Shown here: in pieces, positions 44,493-44,925 of the stretch
How the letters are laid out: every line of letters starts with the position of its first letter
Numbering within the stretch: position 1 is the first letter of the stretch
Assembly (NCBI GenBank): GCA_016283195.1
Contig: JAEEML010000097.1
Location: forward strand, 1 to 44,925
DNA length: 44,925 nucleotides
DNA from: Deltaproteobacteria bacterium
Lineage (GTDB): Bacteria; JAEEML01
Reading direction: 5' to 3'
Notes under the pieces: model-generated
Told to the model about the DNA's origin: nothing
What the model saw: the letters and a program-made list of their open reading frames with translations, nothing else
The model's database searches: none
Position numbers and translations under genes: made by a program

Positions 44493-44925
44493 ATGAGTGC
44501 AATCGGCAGTGGAATGGGTCCACAAATTAATCCCTACATCGGTCAGATTGGTAATGAACAGCAAATTCAGCAAACCGGCAATCTTGGTAAATCCAATAAA
44601 ACCGCCGGTATTACCGGTAAGAGCCCTCTGGATGTCGGTTTTGAGCGCGGCAAAGGCAAAGTGGCCAGTGAAGTGGCCCAAAAAGCCGGTCAGGTACGCA
44701 ATCCCATAGTGGAAGCTGATGAATCTTTTGTGGATTTTGATGCCGGCGTTGCCAAAAGCGCCAGCAAGTCATCTCTTTCTGCTGCTTTAAGCTTGGAAGA
44801 TTTCGACCCTAATGAATTTGGTGGCAATAAACTGAGTAATGCCGCTACCGGTATTTTAGAATCCAAATTCTCCGCTACCGATGCCGATGTAGCTAAATTG
44901 CAAAATATGGCCGATTCTATCGTCC
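44493..44925 (+). CDS. Hypothetical protein, truncated by the window end (not in the ORF track)
   Basis: GGAGG RBS at 44482-44486; ATG 44493 is open to the end: MSAIGSGMGPQINPYIGQIGNEQQIQQTGNLGKSNKTAGITGKSPLDVGFERG... Confidence 0.75.
   Translation, partial: MSAIGSGMGPQINPYIGQIGNEQQIQQTGNLGKSNKTAGITGKSPLDVGFERGKGKVASEVAQKAGQVRNPIVEADESFVDFDAGVAKSASKSSLSAALSLEDFDPNEFGGNKLSNAATGILESKFSATDADVAKLQNMADSIV

Overview
Gene-dense bacterial chromosomal window with no CRISPR array, rRNA, integrase or transposase. The gene content (zinc-ribbon/GYF/TPR membrane protein, PEGA proteins, several Cys-rich lipoproteins, sctJ-sctK-sctL in the Myxococcota/Chlamydia gene order) suggests a moderate-GC Myxococcota-like deltaproteobacterium, and the gut-anaerobe-type redox genes suggest an anaerobic habitat; both are inferences. 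Housekeeping genes are speA, tRNA-Arg(TCT), ettA, a pycB/oadA-type biotin carboxyltransferase and ugd. The main points of interest are: (1) a stand-alone three-gene type III secretion module at 30.1-33.0 kb; (2) two tandem ~1000-aa paralogues at 7.6-14.0 kb with no signal peptide, disordered N-termini, long helical cores and a C-terminal membrane hairpin, each preceded by a sigma28-like CCGATAAC box, making them candidate T3SS pore-formers or effectors; (3) a third candidate substrate running off the right end, absent from the ORF track; (4) PEGA plus Cys-rich lipoprotein surface modules and a 1145-aa S-layer-like lipoprotein with a perfect CRP-type box upstream; (5) a 1-bp frameshift that splits a Tat-lipoprotein signal from a flavodoxin-ferredoxin; (6) an intergenic element present in two copies. 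All family assignments come from motif recognition by eye, not from database searches.
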